Assembly (NCBI GenBank): GCA_050950285.1
Contig: JBMNHG010000010.1
Location: 1 to 56,671 of the forward strand
Source: Kiritimatiellia bacterium
Lineage (GTDB): Bacteria; Verrucomicrobiota; Kiritimatiellia; RFP12; JBMNHG01
Direction: 5' to 3'
DNA length: 56,671 nt
The position numbers were made by a program, and so were the translations under genes. This document shows positions 10,546 through 21,911 of the stretch, in pieces. The notes below the pieces were generated by a model, which was not told where the DNA came from, searched no databases, and saw nothing but the letters and a program-made list of their open reading frames with translations. Numbering within the stretch: the stretch's first letter is position 1; every line of letters begins with the position of its first letter.

Positions 10546-10549
10546 GATG

Positions 10550-10909
10550 TCAATTCATCTTGCCAAAGATTTCGTCTGCAAACTTAACCGCGCTCACCGA
10601 GTTAGACGACCCTTTTGAAGTTGATGACTTTCGAAGGAACTTCCCTGGGAACCAAATAGTATTCGATTCCTGTGCCCCGTTTGTAAGAGGGCCAAAATCA
10701 ACTTGGTAATATGGTTCTTCAGGATACCTCGCATCTTGCCCCCACTCAATCTGCACAACGGTTCCAGTTGCTGTCCCATCAAGGGTGGCCACAATACGCT
10801 CTCCAATTTTATATCTGGGACGTTTCGGCCCGCAACCCACATTAATCCAAAATGATGCCAGTGCAAATAGTAGAATAATGGCATACAGCCGATTAGTCTT
10901 TGATTTCAT
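10550..10909 (-). CDS. Small lipoprotein-like protein, probable orphan immunity protein
   Basis: GGAGG RBS, ATG at 10909, signal ending 'INVGC', lower GC, located inside the Rhs locus. Confidence 0.6.
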   Translation of the reverse strand: MKSKTNRLYAIILLFALASFWINVGCGPKRPRYKIGERIVATLDGTATGTVVQIEWGQDARYPEEPYYQVDFGPLTNGAQESNTIWFPGKFLRKSSTSKGSSNSVSAVKFADEIFGKMN

Positions 10910-10932
10910 ACTTATCCTCCAAAACGACATAT

Positions 10933-10979
10933 CCCGCCAGCCAGTAGCCAGCGCAACGCGCTGGCTACTGGCTGGCGGG
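10933..10979. repeat. Perfect 22-bp inverted repeat with 3-nt loop
   Basis: cccgccagccagtagccagcgc-aac-gcgctggctactggctggcggg. Confidence 0.95.
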
Positions 10980-11645
10980 GTACGGATTTGTGTGTTGCTT
11001 ATCCATGCCCAATGGGACATGCTTCCCAGGCTCTCCAGATACCACTGCAGCCCTCTCATAAAAAGACACTGCTCCTGGGCCACCGCCTCCGCCAATAGTC
11101 GGCACAATGAAAACCATAAAGACTCCATTGCCTATCGTATTCACTAACAGGTCACCATTACACTCTATACTGAGGGCTATTTTGTTGGTTTCCAATCCCC
11201 AGAAGGCATACCATAAAAATGGGTGTGCAATATGTTGAGGTGACAGCTCCAACCATAATTCGCGCTGCTTGATAGTGAAAGTGTATGAGTCTTTTACTAA
11301 GCCGTCTACCAGCAATGTGGCACGAAGTTTTCGATTATCCATTTTTCTCAATTCAACTATGGAGTCGGGGTGTAGTTGTGATCCAGACGTACGACGTAAG
11401 TCCGATCTGAGACTCTCCCAAAGTGATGGATCATTCATGTTCTTGGGACTGTTGCGCCACCGTCCTTCGACAAGCGACAACTTATCGGCAGACACTCCAT
11501 ACCTTTCCGATACAAATGTCCGATTGGGTGACACGCAAGAACACAGACACAATAGAATCATTGCTATTATTACTGGCCTCACAAATGGTGGTTTGGCGTA
11601 TTCAGTCCTATTTACGCATGCTGATCTGAGCTTCGTGGTATTCAT
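10965..11645 (-). CDS. Putative cognate immunity lipoprotein of the main Rhs
   Basis: ATGA overlap with the Rhs stop; 'MILLCLCSC' lipobox-like; lower GC. Confidence 0.7.
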   Translation of the reverse strand: MNTTKLRSACVNRTEYAKPPFVRPVIIAMILLCLCSCVSPNRTFVSERYGVSADKLSLVEGRWRNSPKNMNDPSLWESLRSDLRRTSGSQLHPDSIVELRKMDNRKLRATLLVDGLVKDSYTFTIKQRELWLELSPQHIAHPFLWYAFWGLETNKIALSIECNGDLLVNTIGNGVFMVFIVPTIGGGGGPGAVSFYERAAVVSGEPGKHVPLGMDKQHTNPYPASQ

Positions 11646-14600
11646 TTGCTTTCCCTTTCAGCGATGCTCCCCGATATGCGTAATCTGACCTGTATGTCCG
11701 TTGGATATTCAAAATACCCCGCCATCGGGCTAATTGTAGAATGTATCCAATGCTGTACATTGAAGCGATCAGAAGCGTCTATCGACCCCCCATAGAAATT
11801 CCCATACTGTCCGCTAACCCCAATAGACCACTGCGCTTGATTCAGGCTTTTCGAGTATTGCGTTTGTTCGTTAGGCTTATGTGGCGAGAAACGATATGTT
11901 CTGTCCGCCCTACCTGTAAAATCATCAAACCCCATCATCGCAAAGTTGCCGTCTCCGATGGAGAATCCAAGGGCTCCGCCTCCGGTCCAGCCGCGGTCGT
12001 CGCCGTCGCCTAGGCCATAGGGAGGTGCCCACTGGTCGTTATTATAGTTGAAAAACGCGCCTCCGCCTTGCAAGCGTATAAGTCCCATGCGCGGAATTTC
12101 GTTGAGGGCGGAGTTATAGTAAAGCGTCTGGCCGAGGGAAAGCGAACTGTCATAAGTGTCCCCGAGAGCCGACCCCCACTGCGTTCCATTGAAATAGAAT
12201 GGCACCGCCTTGCCAGTACTCTTTCCAATTGTCCCGGAGATCGCGCCGAAAATCTCATAAATCCAGCGATCCGACCCTCTTGGTGAACCTATCGCACCGC
12301 CGCGCATGAGCCTGATGCCCACATCGGCGTTGAAGCGGAGATGTTCGCAGGGCGACTGTTTCAGCGAGCCGATCAACATGGCATTAAAGTGCGGTGCCCC
12401 CTGTCCGCTGAAATTCATCGAAAAGGCGATGCCCGCTCCAAACGCAACCTTTTCGTATAAACCCAGCGGATCAAATCTGCCAAGCCCATGGTTATGGCAG
12501 AAGGAGTACATGTTCAATCCACCTCGCTCCCCAATCGGATCCCGGTTCAGCCACCGCATCAACTCCGGCACGTAGAAGCGGTAGCCGTAGTAGTAGAGCC
12601 CGGTTTCGTAATCGCAGTACTTCGTGCTGAACCTGTGGCGGAAGGCGTCGGCAAGCAAACCCGATGCCGAGATGGTACGCCCGAAGGCGTCGTAAAGATA
12701 CTCGGCCACGATGGTGCCGTTCTCGTCAACATAGGCCGTGATGTTCCCGTTGGCGTCGAAGAGCGGGAAGTACCATGCGCTACCCATCTGTACCGCCAGG
12801 AGTCCACCGACGCCGCCCGCGCCCTGGAGCGTGCCGGAGAGGTCCTTGCCCCAGACGTAGTCGATCGCCTCGCTGGTGCCATTGGTGCGGGCGATGCGCT
12901 CCTCGATCAGGTTCCAGCCGTCATAGAAGTAGGTGTGGGTGGCATCCGGCGTGATCTTCTTCACCCTGCGGGACAGGGCGTCGTAGCGGTTTTCGACCAG
13001 CAGGGTGCCATTGGAGGTCACAGTGCGCAAACGGTTGGCGGAGTCCCACGTGTAGGACCAGACGCCGTTGGTGAGCATGTTGCCGTCCAAGTCGTAGGAC
13101 AAGTCGCACGGAGGCGCGGAGGCGCGGAGGATGGAGGTGTACTGGTTGAGATTGTTGGCGGTGTATTCGGTGTTTACCAGGTCTATCGTGTTGCTGCGCT
13201 GGTTTCCGATCGCGTCGTAAACGTAGCTGGCCGTGTGCGGGCCGATAACGGCGGATGTCACTTCGGAACGCGCGTTGTAGCCGAAGGTGTCGGAATTGCG
13301 CGCGGTGGGACGATTGACGGCGTCGAAGGTGTAACTGTATTGATTGATGGTGTTTCCATTGCAGGCGTTGGTGACGGCGGCAACAAGCTGGCGGCGGTAG
13401 GCGTCCCGCGCCACCGAACGGCTGAACACATTGCCGTTCGCCAGCGTCAGGGTGTATCCGGCATCCAGCCTGTCGGCGCTGTATCCGTATTCGACAACCA
13501 TCCCGGCGTTGGAGATGACCGCCAGATTGCCGTCCGCGGCATACGCATAGGACAGCGGGCCCAGGGCCGAGATTCTGTTGTAGCGGTCGTAGCCGCGGGT
13601 GATTGCCAGCACGTCCGTATCAACCGCAACGGTCTCGTTGGTGACGGAACCGAAGGCGTCTCTGGCGTACCACACGCATGAAACCGCATTGGACGCCGCC
13701 GCAACCGCGCCGAACTGGTCATAGCCGGTGAAATCGCTTGGCGTATCGCCGGCGTAGTCGGTGCGTGCGGGACGGCGCTGCCGGTCGTAGCCGGTTTCCC
13801 GCCACGCGCCGCGAGCCCAGGTGGTGCGCACAGGCAGGCCGTCGGGAGTGTGGGTGTGGGCGGTGCGCGTTCCGTCCGCATGGACCTTGTTGGTGAGCAG
13901 TCCCGTGGCATGATCGTACAACCAGCGGGTTTCGTCGCCCGCGCCGCTCTCGTCGCGGAAGGTGCGCATGGACGTGCGCCGCCCGGCCGTATCGTAGCCG
14001 TAGGCCACGGGGTAGGCGGCGCCGCCGGCCGCGGCGAGGCGTTGCGCCGCGTCGTAGGCCGCCGTCTCCGCGAAACCGAGCGCGTTGGTGGCGGCGACGC
14101 GCCGTCCGAAAGCGTCATAGGCATGGAACCCGGCATGGACGCTGTCGCCGGCGGCATGAAAGACGTCATGCTCCCCGACATCGCCAAAATCGTTGTAGCC
14201 GATCCACTCGACCGATTTCCGGATGCCGGAGCCGGGATCGGAGCGCTCGCTGTAGAAGAGGCGCCCGTAGGGGTCGAAGAAGCCATGCAGGGTGCCGGCG
14301 GGCGAGGCGGTCTCGATCGTGCGTCCGAACTTGCTCTTGCGGACGACCGTTCCTCTGGCGGCGGAGTCGCCGGTCTCGGTGAGGACGCCGCTGCCGGGAT
14401 CGTACGATGCCGTGGCGGCGGCGACCGCGACACCGTTCGCAATGGTGAGAGTGCGGCGGCGCAGGTCGTCGGAAAGGCCGGTCAGTTGTTCCCGGGTGAC
14501 CGAAACCGCGCCCGTGTGGCTGCCGATGGTGGCTTGGGTGCTGACGCGCCACCACTCGTTGGATATCTGCTCGTAGGCGACCTCGGAGCGGTTGGTGACG

Positions 14601-17600
14601 CCGTGCCGCACCTGGCCGATCCGCTCGCCGAGATCGCCGTGGAGATAAACCGTGGCCACTCCCGTCTTGGAGTCCGCGGCGGAGACGACGCGCGACGATG
14701 CGCCGTCGTAGGAGTAGGCGATGCAGGAGAGCGGCGTGGCCGCTTCGGCGACGCGCCCGAGGAAGTCGTGGCGGGTCACGCTGTTCGTGACGGCGGGATG
14801 GTCGCTGGATTCGGACACCCGGATGTCGATCCGGCATCCGGTGGCGTCGTAGTCCGTCAGGCGGATGTCGCGTGTCCACTCCGTCCCCCAGCAGTGCCCG
14901 GCGACCGATTTGCCGTTGCGGTAGGAGGTGGAGAGGCTGCTTGAAACGGGCGTGACGAGGTTGGTCGGGTGGAAGACGTGCGTCTGGTATTCCTCGCGGT
15001 CGGCGCGCGACGTGCGCGTCGTGACCGTCCGCACGCCGCGCATGTCGGTATGGATGGAGTAATCGGAGGTTCCGCGGGGATACTCCGTCGTCTCGGATGT
15101 GCGCCAGCCCTTGTTGTAGACGAAGTCCGGATCGACGGCCGCGCCCTCGATTTTCGCCGGGCGCACCACGGTGTTGGTCTCGCGGCCCAGGGCGTCGAAG
15201 TAGTGCTGGGTCACGCGGAAGGCGTTGAAGTCCGAGGGGTACCAGTTGTCGTAGGGGACATAGCGGTCGTCGTGCGGCAGCTCGCGCAGCGATACCTCTT
15301 CGATGGCATAGTAGAGGTGGTCTTTGCCGGTTTCGGCGGAGCGGAGGGTCTTGAAGCCGTTGCGGTCCTGCGTCCAGAGCAGGCGGCAGCAGGAATGGGC
15401 GTTGGTGGAGATGGAGCCGTCGGAGTAAAGCGTGGAGCGGAGGCGGTTCTTGTCGTCGTAGAGGTGCGCCTGCCAGTCGAGCGTGGCGCCGGTGGCGTGA
15501 AGGAGGGTGGCGGAGTAGAGCGTCGTGCCGTGCGCGGCGTCCTGGATGGTCAGATCGGACGTGTCGGACGGATTGGACCGATACCAGCGCCGGGCGATCG
15601 TGCGGAGCGCGGTTTTTGCGCCGCCGGGGGCGAAGGTGCGGGTGGCGGGGTCGTAGTCGCCGAGGGCGTAGTCGTAGGTCGTGGTGACGTCGTCTTCGTC
15701 GGTGGATTCGAGCGGGCTGCCGCGCAGGAGCAGCGGGATGCCGGGGGCGTCGGCGTCGAAGCGGGTGGCGGTGGAGACGGCGTTGCCGGGGTCGTCGAAG
15801 GCGGCGGACGGGGAGCAGGCGCGGATCGTCTTCACGGTCGCGAAGGCGCGATCCACCGTGTCCGTGCCGACGGTGTGGACGTGCCAGGTGCGCCCGATGC
15901 ACGTCGCCGCGCCGTCGCGGACGAGGTGGCGCGACTCGGTGCGGACGGAATCGAGGGCGGCGAGCGGATTGGAATCGCCCGCCAGCGGCGCGTAGTCGGA
16001 AACGGTGGCGATGGCGACCAGGCTGCGGTATCTGGAAAGATCGAACAGAGCGGTCGGGGCGGCCAGATCGGCGAATTGCCCGGGAGCCGCCGAGCCGTCG
16101 AGTTGGTCGAGGCGCAATATCTCGCGGCCTTCGTCGTCCCAGGCCTGGTAGCTCCAGGGTCGCGACTCGCCCCAAACGAGGCGGGGGCGTCCGTTGCGGC
16201 GGGGGTGGGCGTCGTCCGTCCAGCAGGTGGCGTGGTCTTCGACCAGGCCGGGTTCGCCGTCGGGCTCGAGGCCGAGCGTGGCGTGGTAGGTCTGGCGGAG
16301 CGTCGCGTCCTGCCCGCAGCCGAAGCGCCGGGACTCGGCGACGTCCCGCGAGAGGATCGCGCCGGCGGCGTCGCGCACGATGCGTTCCTCGCGGAGGACG
16401 CCGTGGGGGCCGTCGTCGAGCGTGTCGGTGCGGAGCACTTGCTCTGAGGTCTGCGCGATGTTGTCGAAGCACGCCCACTCCCCATCCCCACGATATGAGT
16501 AGACGACGTCGCGCATGACGTTGTCCCGGCGGCTGATCTTCTTGAACGCGACTTGGCGCGGGCTCCCGCCGACGTTGGCGATCTCCCAGACGTGCTCCAG
16601 TTCGTCGCCGGCGGTCTTGCGGACGGCGATCCGGACGCCATGGGCGATCGGTTCGACGACGACGGTGCGGCCTCGGGCGTCGGAGCAGGCGATGGTGCGG
16701 GTTCCGCCGGCGGCGCTTTCGGCGACGGCGGCGTCGTCGCGGGCGAGCAGGTTGAAGGTGGAGGGCGCGACGAGCAGCGGCTCCGTCGCCCGGAACCAGA
16801 GGAAGCCGGAGACCTGGCCGTCGCGGGGGATGCCGAGGGGGATGCGGAAGGCGAGCGAGCCGAGGCCGTCGCCTTCGAGGCCGTCGCAGTCGCCGTCGGC
16901 GCAGCCGGACGCGCAGTCGCCGCATTCGTCGTAGAAGGGGTCGTGGCATCTTTCGCCGACGCGGTGGATGGCCTCCCCGCTCCAGACCGGCCTGCCGTCG
17001 AAGAAGATGGTGCCGGTGGCGCGAAGGCCGTCGTCTTCGACGGTTTCGTCGAAGTACGCGGCCAGCGCCGGGTCGCCGTAGCCGATTTCGGCCCTGCAGT
17101 CGCACGGGTGGCCGCCCGTGGCATCCTGCCGCCAGCCCTCCCGGAGGCACCGGCTGTCGAGGGGGTAGTCGGAAGCGGGCTCGTAGTCGCCCGTCGCGGC
17201 GTCGAAGAAGAGCGTGGTCCCGCATCCGCCGTGGCGGCCGTCGCCGTAGGCGATGCGGGGTTCGAAGAAGAGGAGGCGTTCGACCGGGCCTTCCCCGGGG
17301 TCGCCCCTGTCGTCCGCGCCCCGGGCGCCGCCCCGCCGCGCCGGGGGCGGCGCGGGGGCGATCGTGCATCCGGGCACGTCGTAGATGCCGGGCGCCTTCG
17401 CCGCGAGCGAGCCGCCCGTGAAGCCGCCGTCCGGCGTGAAGACGAGGCGGGCTTCGCCGGGGAACGGGTCGAGGAGCGCGGCCTGCTCCATCTCGGAGGG
17501 CGCGGCGCGGCAGGGGCGGTTGGAGAAGTCGTAGCGGACGCCGACCGACGTCCCGCCGCCCGTCCATTCGACGGCCTGGCAGCGCGCGCCGTTGATTTCC

Positions 17601-19308
17601 GCCGCCGCCCCGGCGCCGTCCACGAGGACGCCCGGCGCCCAGGCCAGCAGGTACAGCGGCTGTGGGCAGGTCGAATTCGTCGAGGTGGCGCGGAGCGCGA
17701 GGGTCAGTTGCAGCGCGTTCGTCGAGACGGGGAGCCAGAGGCTGTCGTCGGGCGGCGAGGCGGTCGCGGTGCCGCTTCCGCCTTCGGAGTCGGCCCACTC
17801 GAGCGCCATGCCGTCGAGCGACCAGCCGCGGCCGCCTTGCCGGGCTCGGCGGAGAGGAAGTACTGCTGCCAGCCGCCTTTGCGGTCGATCGTGAAGGTGC
17901 GCTCGTACACCCGGTTCGTGCCGTCGGCGGGGAGGTCGCACCGGAAGGCGTCGAAGAGCTTGAGGGAGGCGAGGTTCCAGGCGAGGTTCGTCGGAGCGGA
18001 AGCCTCCGCGAAGGGGTCCATGCCCGCCGCGATCTTCGTGGAGAGCGGGAAGCCGGTCCCGCCGGGGTCGAAGGCGAGGCTGTCCACCGCGTTGGTGCCG
18101 CCGAACTTCGCCGTCTCGTAGGCGTCGGGGATGCCGTCGCCGTCGAGGTCGTCGGGCGGCGTCGGGGACAGCGGGTCGGGGTCGGAGCCGTCGACGAGCC
18201 CGTCGCCGTCGGTGTCGCGGAGCAGCGGACTCGTTCCGGCGGCGGTTTCGGCGCCGTCCAAAACGCCGTCGAGGTCGGTGTCGGGCAGGCGGGGGTCGGT
18301 GCCGTGGACCATCACCTCGTCGCAGGTGGAGAGCCCGTCGCCGTCGTGGTCGGCGACGTCCGGGTCGAGCATGCCGAAGGCGCGCCAGTGGAGTTCGAGG
18401 CCGTGGACGAGGACGCCCGTGCCGCCGAAGGCGAAGGTCTCGCCGCCGCCGCCGTGCTGGGCGCCGACGACCCAGTTGGTGGCGGGCAGCGCGTTGGTGG
18501 CGGACAGCCGGGACAAGTCGTAGCGGTAGACGAAGTCGCCGGAGGGGAAGAGTTCGGCCTGGAAGGTGACGGGGAGGCCGGCGTCGCGGCCGGCGAAGAC
18601 GTCCTGCCAGGCGAGCAGCAGGCTGTTGGAGGCGGTCGGGGCGTGCCAGAAGCGTCCGGCCGGCGGGACGATGCCGAGGGAGGTCTGCAGGGGGGCGAGG
18701 AAGTCGAGGCCCGAGCCGTCGGGCATCCGGCGGGCGCGGGGCGAGCCCTTGGGCCAACCGAAGGAGAGCGTGCCGCTGCTGGAGACGTGCAGCCCCCCGA
18801 CGCGGTTGGTGCCGAGGGTGAAGGACCAGTTGGTGGCGGGAAGCCAGAAGGTGTCCTCGGCCACCCCGTAGCGGGCCCAGGGGGCGTGGACGACGGCGTT
18901 CGACGGGACGGAGGCCAGGGCGGGAGACGGATTGGTGGCGACGCGCGCGAGCGCGAAGCCGGCCCGGTACTGGCCGGCGGTCAGGCGGGGGCCGGAGGAG
19001 GGGCCGCGCGCGGGCCGCGCCGGGAGGCCGCCGGAAACCATGCCCGCCGGGGGAGGGCCGGAAGACGGGGCGTTGCTTCCGGGCGGCACCTTCGGGACGC
19101 CGTGCAGGGTGGCGACCGCCAGGAGGGCGGAGAGCGCCGCCCTGACGGAGGGCGCAAGCGAGCGGAACCGGTCGCCGAGAGCGCGGAAGAGGCGGCGCAG
19201 GCCGGGCGACGTCCCGGCCCAGGCGCCGATGCAGAAGAGCAGCGGCACGCCGGCCAGCAGGCAGGCGCCCGCGAACATCCAATGGCGTATCGACTGCAGG
19301 AGTCCCAT
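11642..19308 (-). CDS. Main Rhs toxin (~2550 aa): N-terminal hydrophobic segments, TSP3-like Ca-binding repeats, Cys-rich linker, Rhs core, Ntox23-like tip; one frameshift at ~17830
   Basis: ORF 17704-19308 (DxDGDG repeats) joins the 11642 frame at 'GKA/GGWSLDGM'; core end 'DPLGL'; tip 'YNND...GDGDDRGWTGG...WIH'. Confidence 0.85.
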
Positions 19309-19312
19309 GGCG

Positions 19313-19963
19313 CTACCGCAGAAGGATCACTGCGCCGTCGGGCAGGAAGCGGACGAGGACGTCCTCCTCCGCGGCCGCCGCGCCGCGGACGGTCACCCGC
19401 AGGAGGTCCCACTCCCCCGGGGAAAGCCAGGGGGGCGGCGGGGAGGCTGGGAGCCCCTCGAAGGCGAAGGCGCCCGCATCGTCGCCGAACGCGACCGACG
19501 CCGGGACGCCCGCCGCGTCGACCCGGATGGCGGCGTGGAGGGTCCGCCTCCGGGGTGCCGGGCCGTCGGAGGGGGCGTGGACGAAGCGTTCCTTCAGGCC
19601 GGCGGGGCGCAGGAACCACTCGCCGCCGTCCCAGCCGACGACGAAGGCCGTCTCCTCCGCCGCCAGCGCGCCGTCGTGCGGCGCGGCGTCGCGCCCGAAG
19701 GCGGCCTGCACGTTGTTCGAGGGGGTGGCGTCGAAGGAAAGCTCCAGGCGGAAGCGCCGCAGGTTGCCGGCGGCGGACGCGGGGATGGCGGCGTCGGCGG
19801 ACGCCTCGCGGTCGGCAAAAGCGGGCGCGGGAAGGCGCGGCACGTCGAGCGTCAGCGCCGGCGCGGTCGCGGCAAGCGCCGCGGCGGCACAGGCGGCGAC
19901 GGCCCGGAGAAAAACGGCGCGCCGCCGGAACCGCGGCCCAAGGGAAATGCAACCTGCATCCAT
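19313..19963 (-). CDS. Exported hypothetical protein co-oriented directly upstream of the main Rhs
   Basis: Signal-like N-terminus; stop 4 bp before the Rhs start; ends 'PDGAVILLR'. Confidence 0.65.
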   Translation of the reverse strand: MDAGCISLGPRFRRRAVFLRAVAACAAAALAATAPALTLDVPRLPAPAFADREASADAAIPASAAGNLRRFRLELSFDATPSNNVQAAFGRDAAPHDGALAAEETAFVVGWDGGEWFLRPAGLKERFVHAPSDGPAPRRRTLHAAIRVDAAGVPASVAFGDDAGAFAFEGLPASPPPPWLSPGEWDLLRVTVRGAAAAEEDVLVRFLPDGAVILLR

Positions 19964-20003
19964 GGTGGGGAGCGTAGCACGGGCCAACGGCGGCGGCAAC
20001 CCA

Positions 20004-21647
20004 TTATTTCGGGAGGATGATGTTCCCTTCGACGATGTTTTCGCCGGGGCCGTCGGCGAGGGTCGCCAGGGCGGGCCAGGCGGCGCGGTAGGCGGGCGAG
20101 TCGATTTCCGCCTCGCCGTGGATCAGCTTCCGGACGCGGTCCGAGGCCAGCGCGGCCGTCCATCGCTCGTGGGGCCAGGGGGTGATGGAGAGCGGGGGCG
20201 AGCAATCGCGGAGCAGGTTGCCGCGTACCGTGTTGAGGCCGCCGCCGTGGCTTTGGACGGCGCCGAAGCCCTTCCACGAGGAGCGGATGAAGAGGTTGTC
20301 CTCGACGACGTTCTCGCAGATCATGTCGTCGAAGCGGACGCCGGCGCGTCCGCACTTCAGGGTGTCGCCGTTCGCCCCGATGTCCTGGAAGACGTTTCCG
20401 GCGATGCGCGTGCCGCGCGCGGAGGGGTCGCCGAAGGTTTCGACGGCGCCCTGGTCGTCGGAGACGAGCACGCAGTCGTGGAAGAAGTTGCGCAGGATGG
20501 CGTGGCTGTTCCCCTGGTAGCGGATGGCGCTGGAGGGCATGTCGGCGAACTCGCAGCGTTCGATGGTGGTGCCCACGCCGTCGAGGCGGATGGCGGGGAC
20601 GTAGGTGCTGGAGAGGCGGCCCATGCGTTCGAAGAGGCAGTGGCGCACGAGGGCGCCGCCGCCCTCGAGGGTGCGGCGGTCGCCCGCGTGGAGGGAGAGC
20701 GCGCCGCCTGCCGTGTCGCGGAGGCGGCAGCGTTCCATCCGGAAGCCCGTGCAGTTTTTGATGTCGAGCGCCCACCCGCCGATGCATTCGAAGACGCAGT
20801 CCTCGAAGACGAGGTTCCGGCAGCGGCGGGCGCGGAGGGCGGTGCCGCGGATGTCGTGGAAGACGCAGCGGCGGAAGACGACGTCGTGGGCGCCGTCGAG
20901 GCTGATGCGCGGGGGCGCGGCATCTCCGGCGAAGGAGAGGGTTCCGTCGGGCGGCTCCGCGAGGAAGAGCAGGCGGTTCGCCCGGTCGAGGTAGTAGCGG
21001 CCCGCGTGGAGGGCCTGGAAGACGTTCACGACGCGGCAGCGGTTGATGTCGCAGAAGCCATACGAGGGAGCGGGGTCCAGCGCGAGGCGGGTCCCGCCGT
21101 CCGGCGTTTCGATGGCTTTCGCGCGGGAGAGGAGGTCCGCCCACTCGTAGCGGTAGAAGCCGTGGACGATCAGGTCGGGCTCGCGGGAGAGCGTCCGGGC
21201 GTCGAAGGGCGCGGGCGCCGGCCAGTCGACCTGTCCGTCCGCGTCCGCCGCCTTCGGGCAGTCGAGGAAGCCGGCGTTCCAGCTTTGGAGCGGGAAATCG
21301 GGGAACGCGGCGGGATAGAGGAAGCGGCGGACGCCTTCGGGGGGCAGGATGGAGACCATGGGGAAGCCGGTCGGGGCGGGGGCCGTCTCCGGGTCGCGGG
21401 GTTCTTTCCAGCCGAAGGGGGTCGTCGCGGGGAGGGGGACGTCGCCGGGGATCGGGAAGGCGCAGAGGGACGGGAGGCGCGGGGCGCGTGCCGCCACCTC
21501 CGGCGGGATGCCGGCGGGCGGGTTCGAGCAGTCCGGGATGTCGATGCGTGAAGAGGGGTCGAGCACGACGGAACGGGTTATCCCGGCATCGGCGAAGAGA
21601 CGGCCCGAATCGGCGGGCCCCAGGACGGAGGGAAGAGGGGAGGGCAT
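20004..21647 (-). CDS. Right-handed parallel beta-helix protein (pectin lyase-like fold)
   Basis: Repeating 'CVFHDI/CVFECI/CEFADM/NFFHDC' rungs, 'DQGAVET', 'GVRFDD'. Confidence 0.8.
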   Translation of the reverse strand: MPSPLPSVLGPADSGRLFADAGITRSVVLDPSSRIDIPDCSNPPAGIPPEVAARAPRLPSLCAFPIPGDVPLPATTPFGWKEPRDPETAPAPTGFPMVSILPPEGVRRFLYPAAFPDFPLQSWNAGFLDCPKAADADGQVDWPAPAPFDARTLSREPDLIVHGFYRYEWADLLSRAKAIETPDGGTRLALDPAPSYGFCDINRCRVVNVFQALHAGRYYLDRANRLLFLAEPPDGTLSFAGDAAPPRISLDGAHDVVFRRCVFHDIRGTALRARRCRNLVFEDCVFECIGGWALDIKNCTGFRMERCRLRDTAGGALSLHAGDRRTLEGGGALVRHCLFERMGRLSSTYVPAIRLDGVGTTIERCEFADMPSSAIRYQGNSHAILRNFFHDCVLVSDDQGAVETFGDPSARGTRIAGNVFQDIGANGDTLKCGRAGVRFDDMICENVVEDNLFIRSSWKGFGAVQSHGGGLNTVRGNLLRDCSPPLSITPWPHERWTAALASDRVRKLIHGEAEIDSPAYRAAWPALATLADGPGENIVEGNIILPK

Positions 21648-21911
21648 GGTGGCAAGGCGACCTTTCCGGAGTGGGATGTTCGACAGGGAATATACCCCAC
21701 CTCGATTCCGTCGGGCAAACAAAACGCGACCGCGCCCTGCCTGTCCCCCAAGGCGCATGATTGCCGGGAGCATCCTCCCCGCTCCATCGCCTTGGCCATT
21801 GCGCTTTCCCCCGATTTTTGGTAACACCGTTCCATGGTTCCCCTTTCCTGCGTCCTTCTTCCACGCGGGAACCGACGAGTTCCGGGAACCCGTGGATGAC
21901 GAGCCCCCGCC

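Noticed and set aside
17820..17850. Programmed frameshift in the main Rhs
   Set aside because: No slippery heptamer; similar indels occur throughout the window
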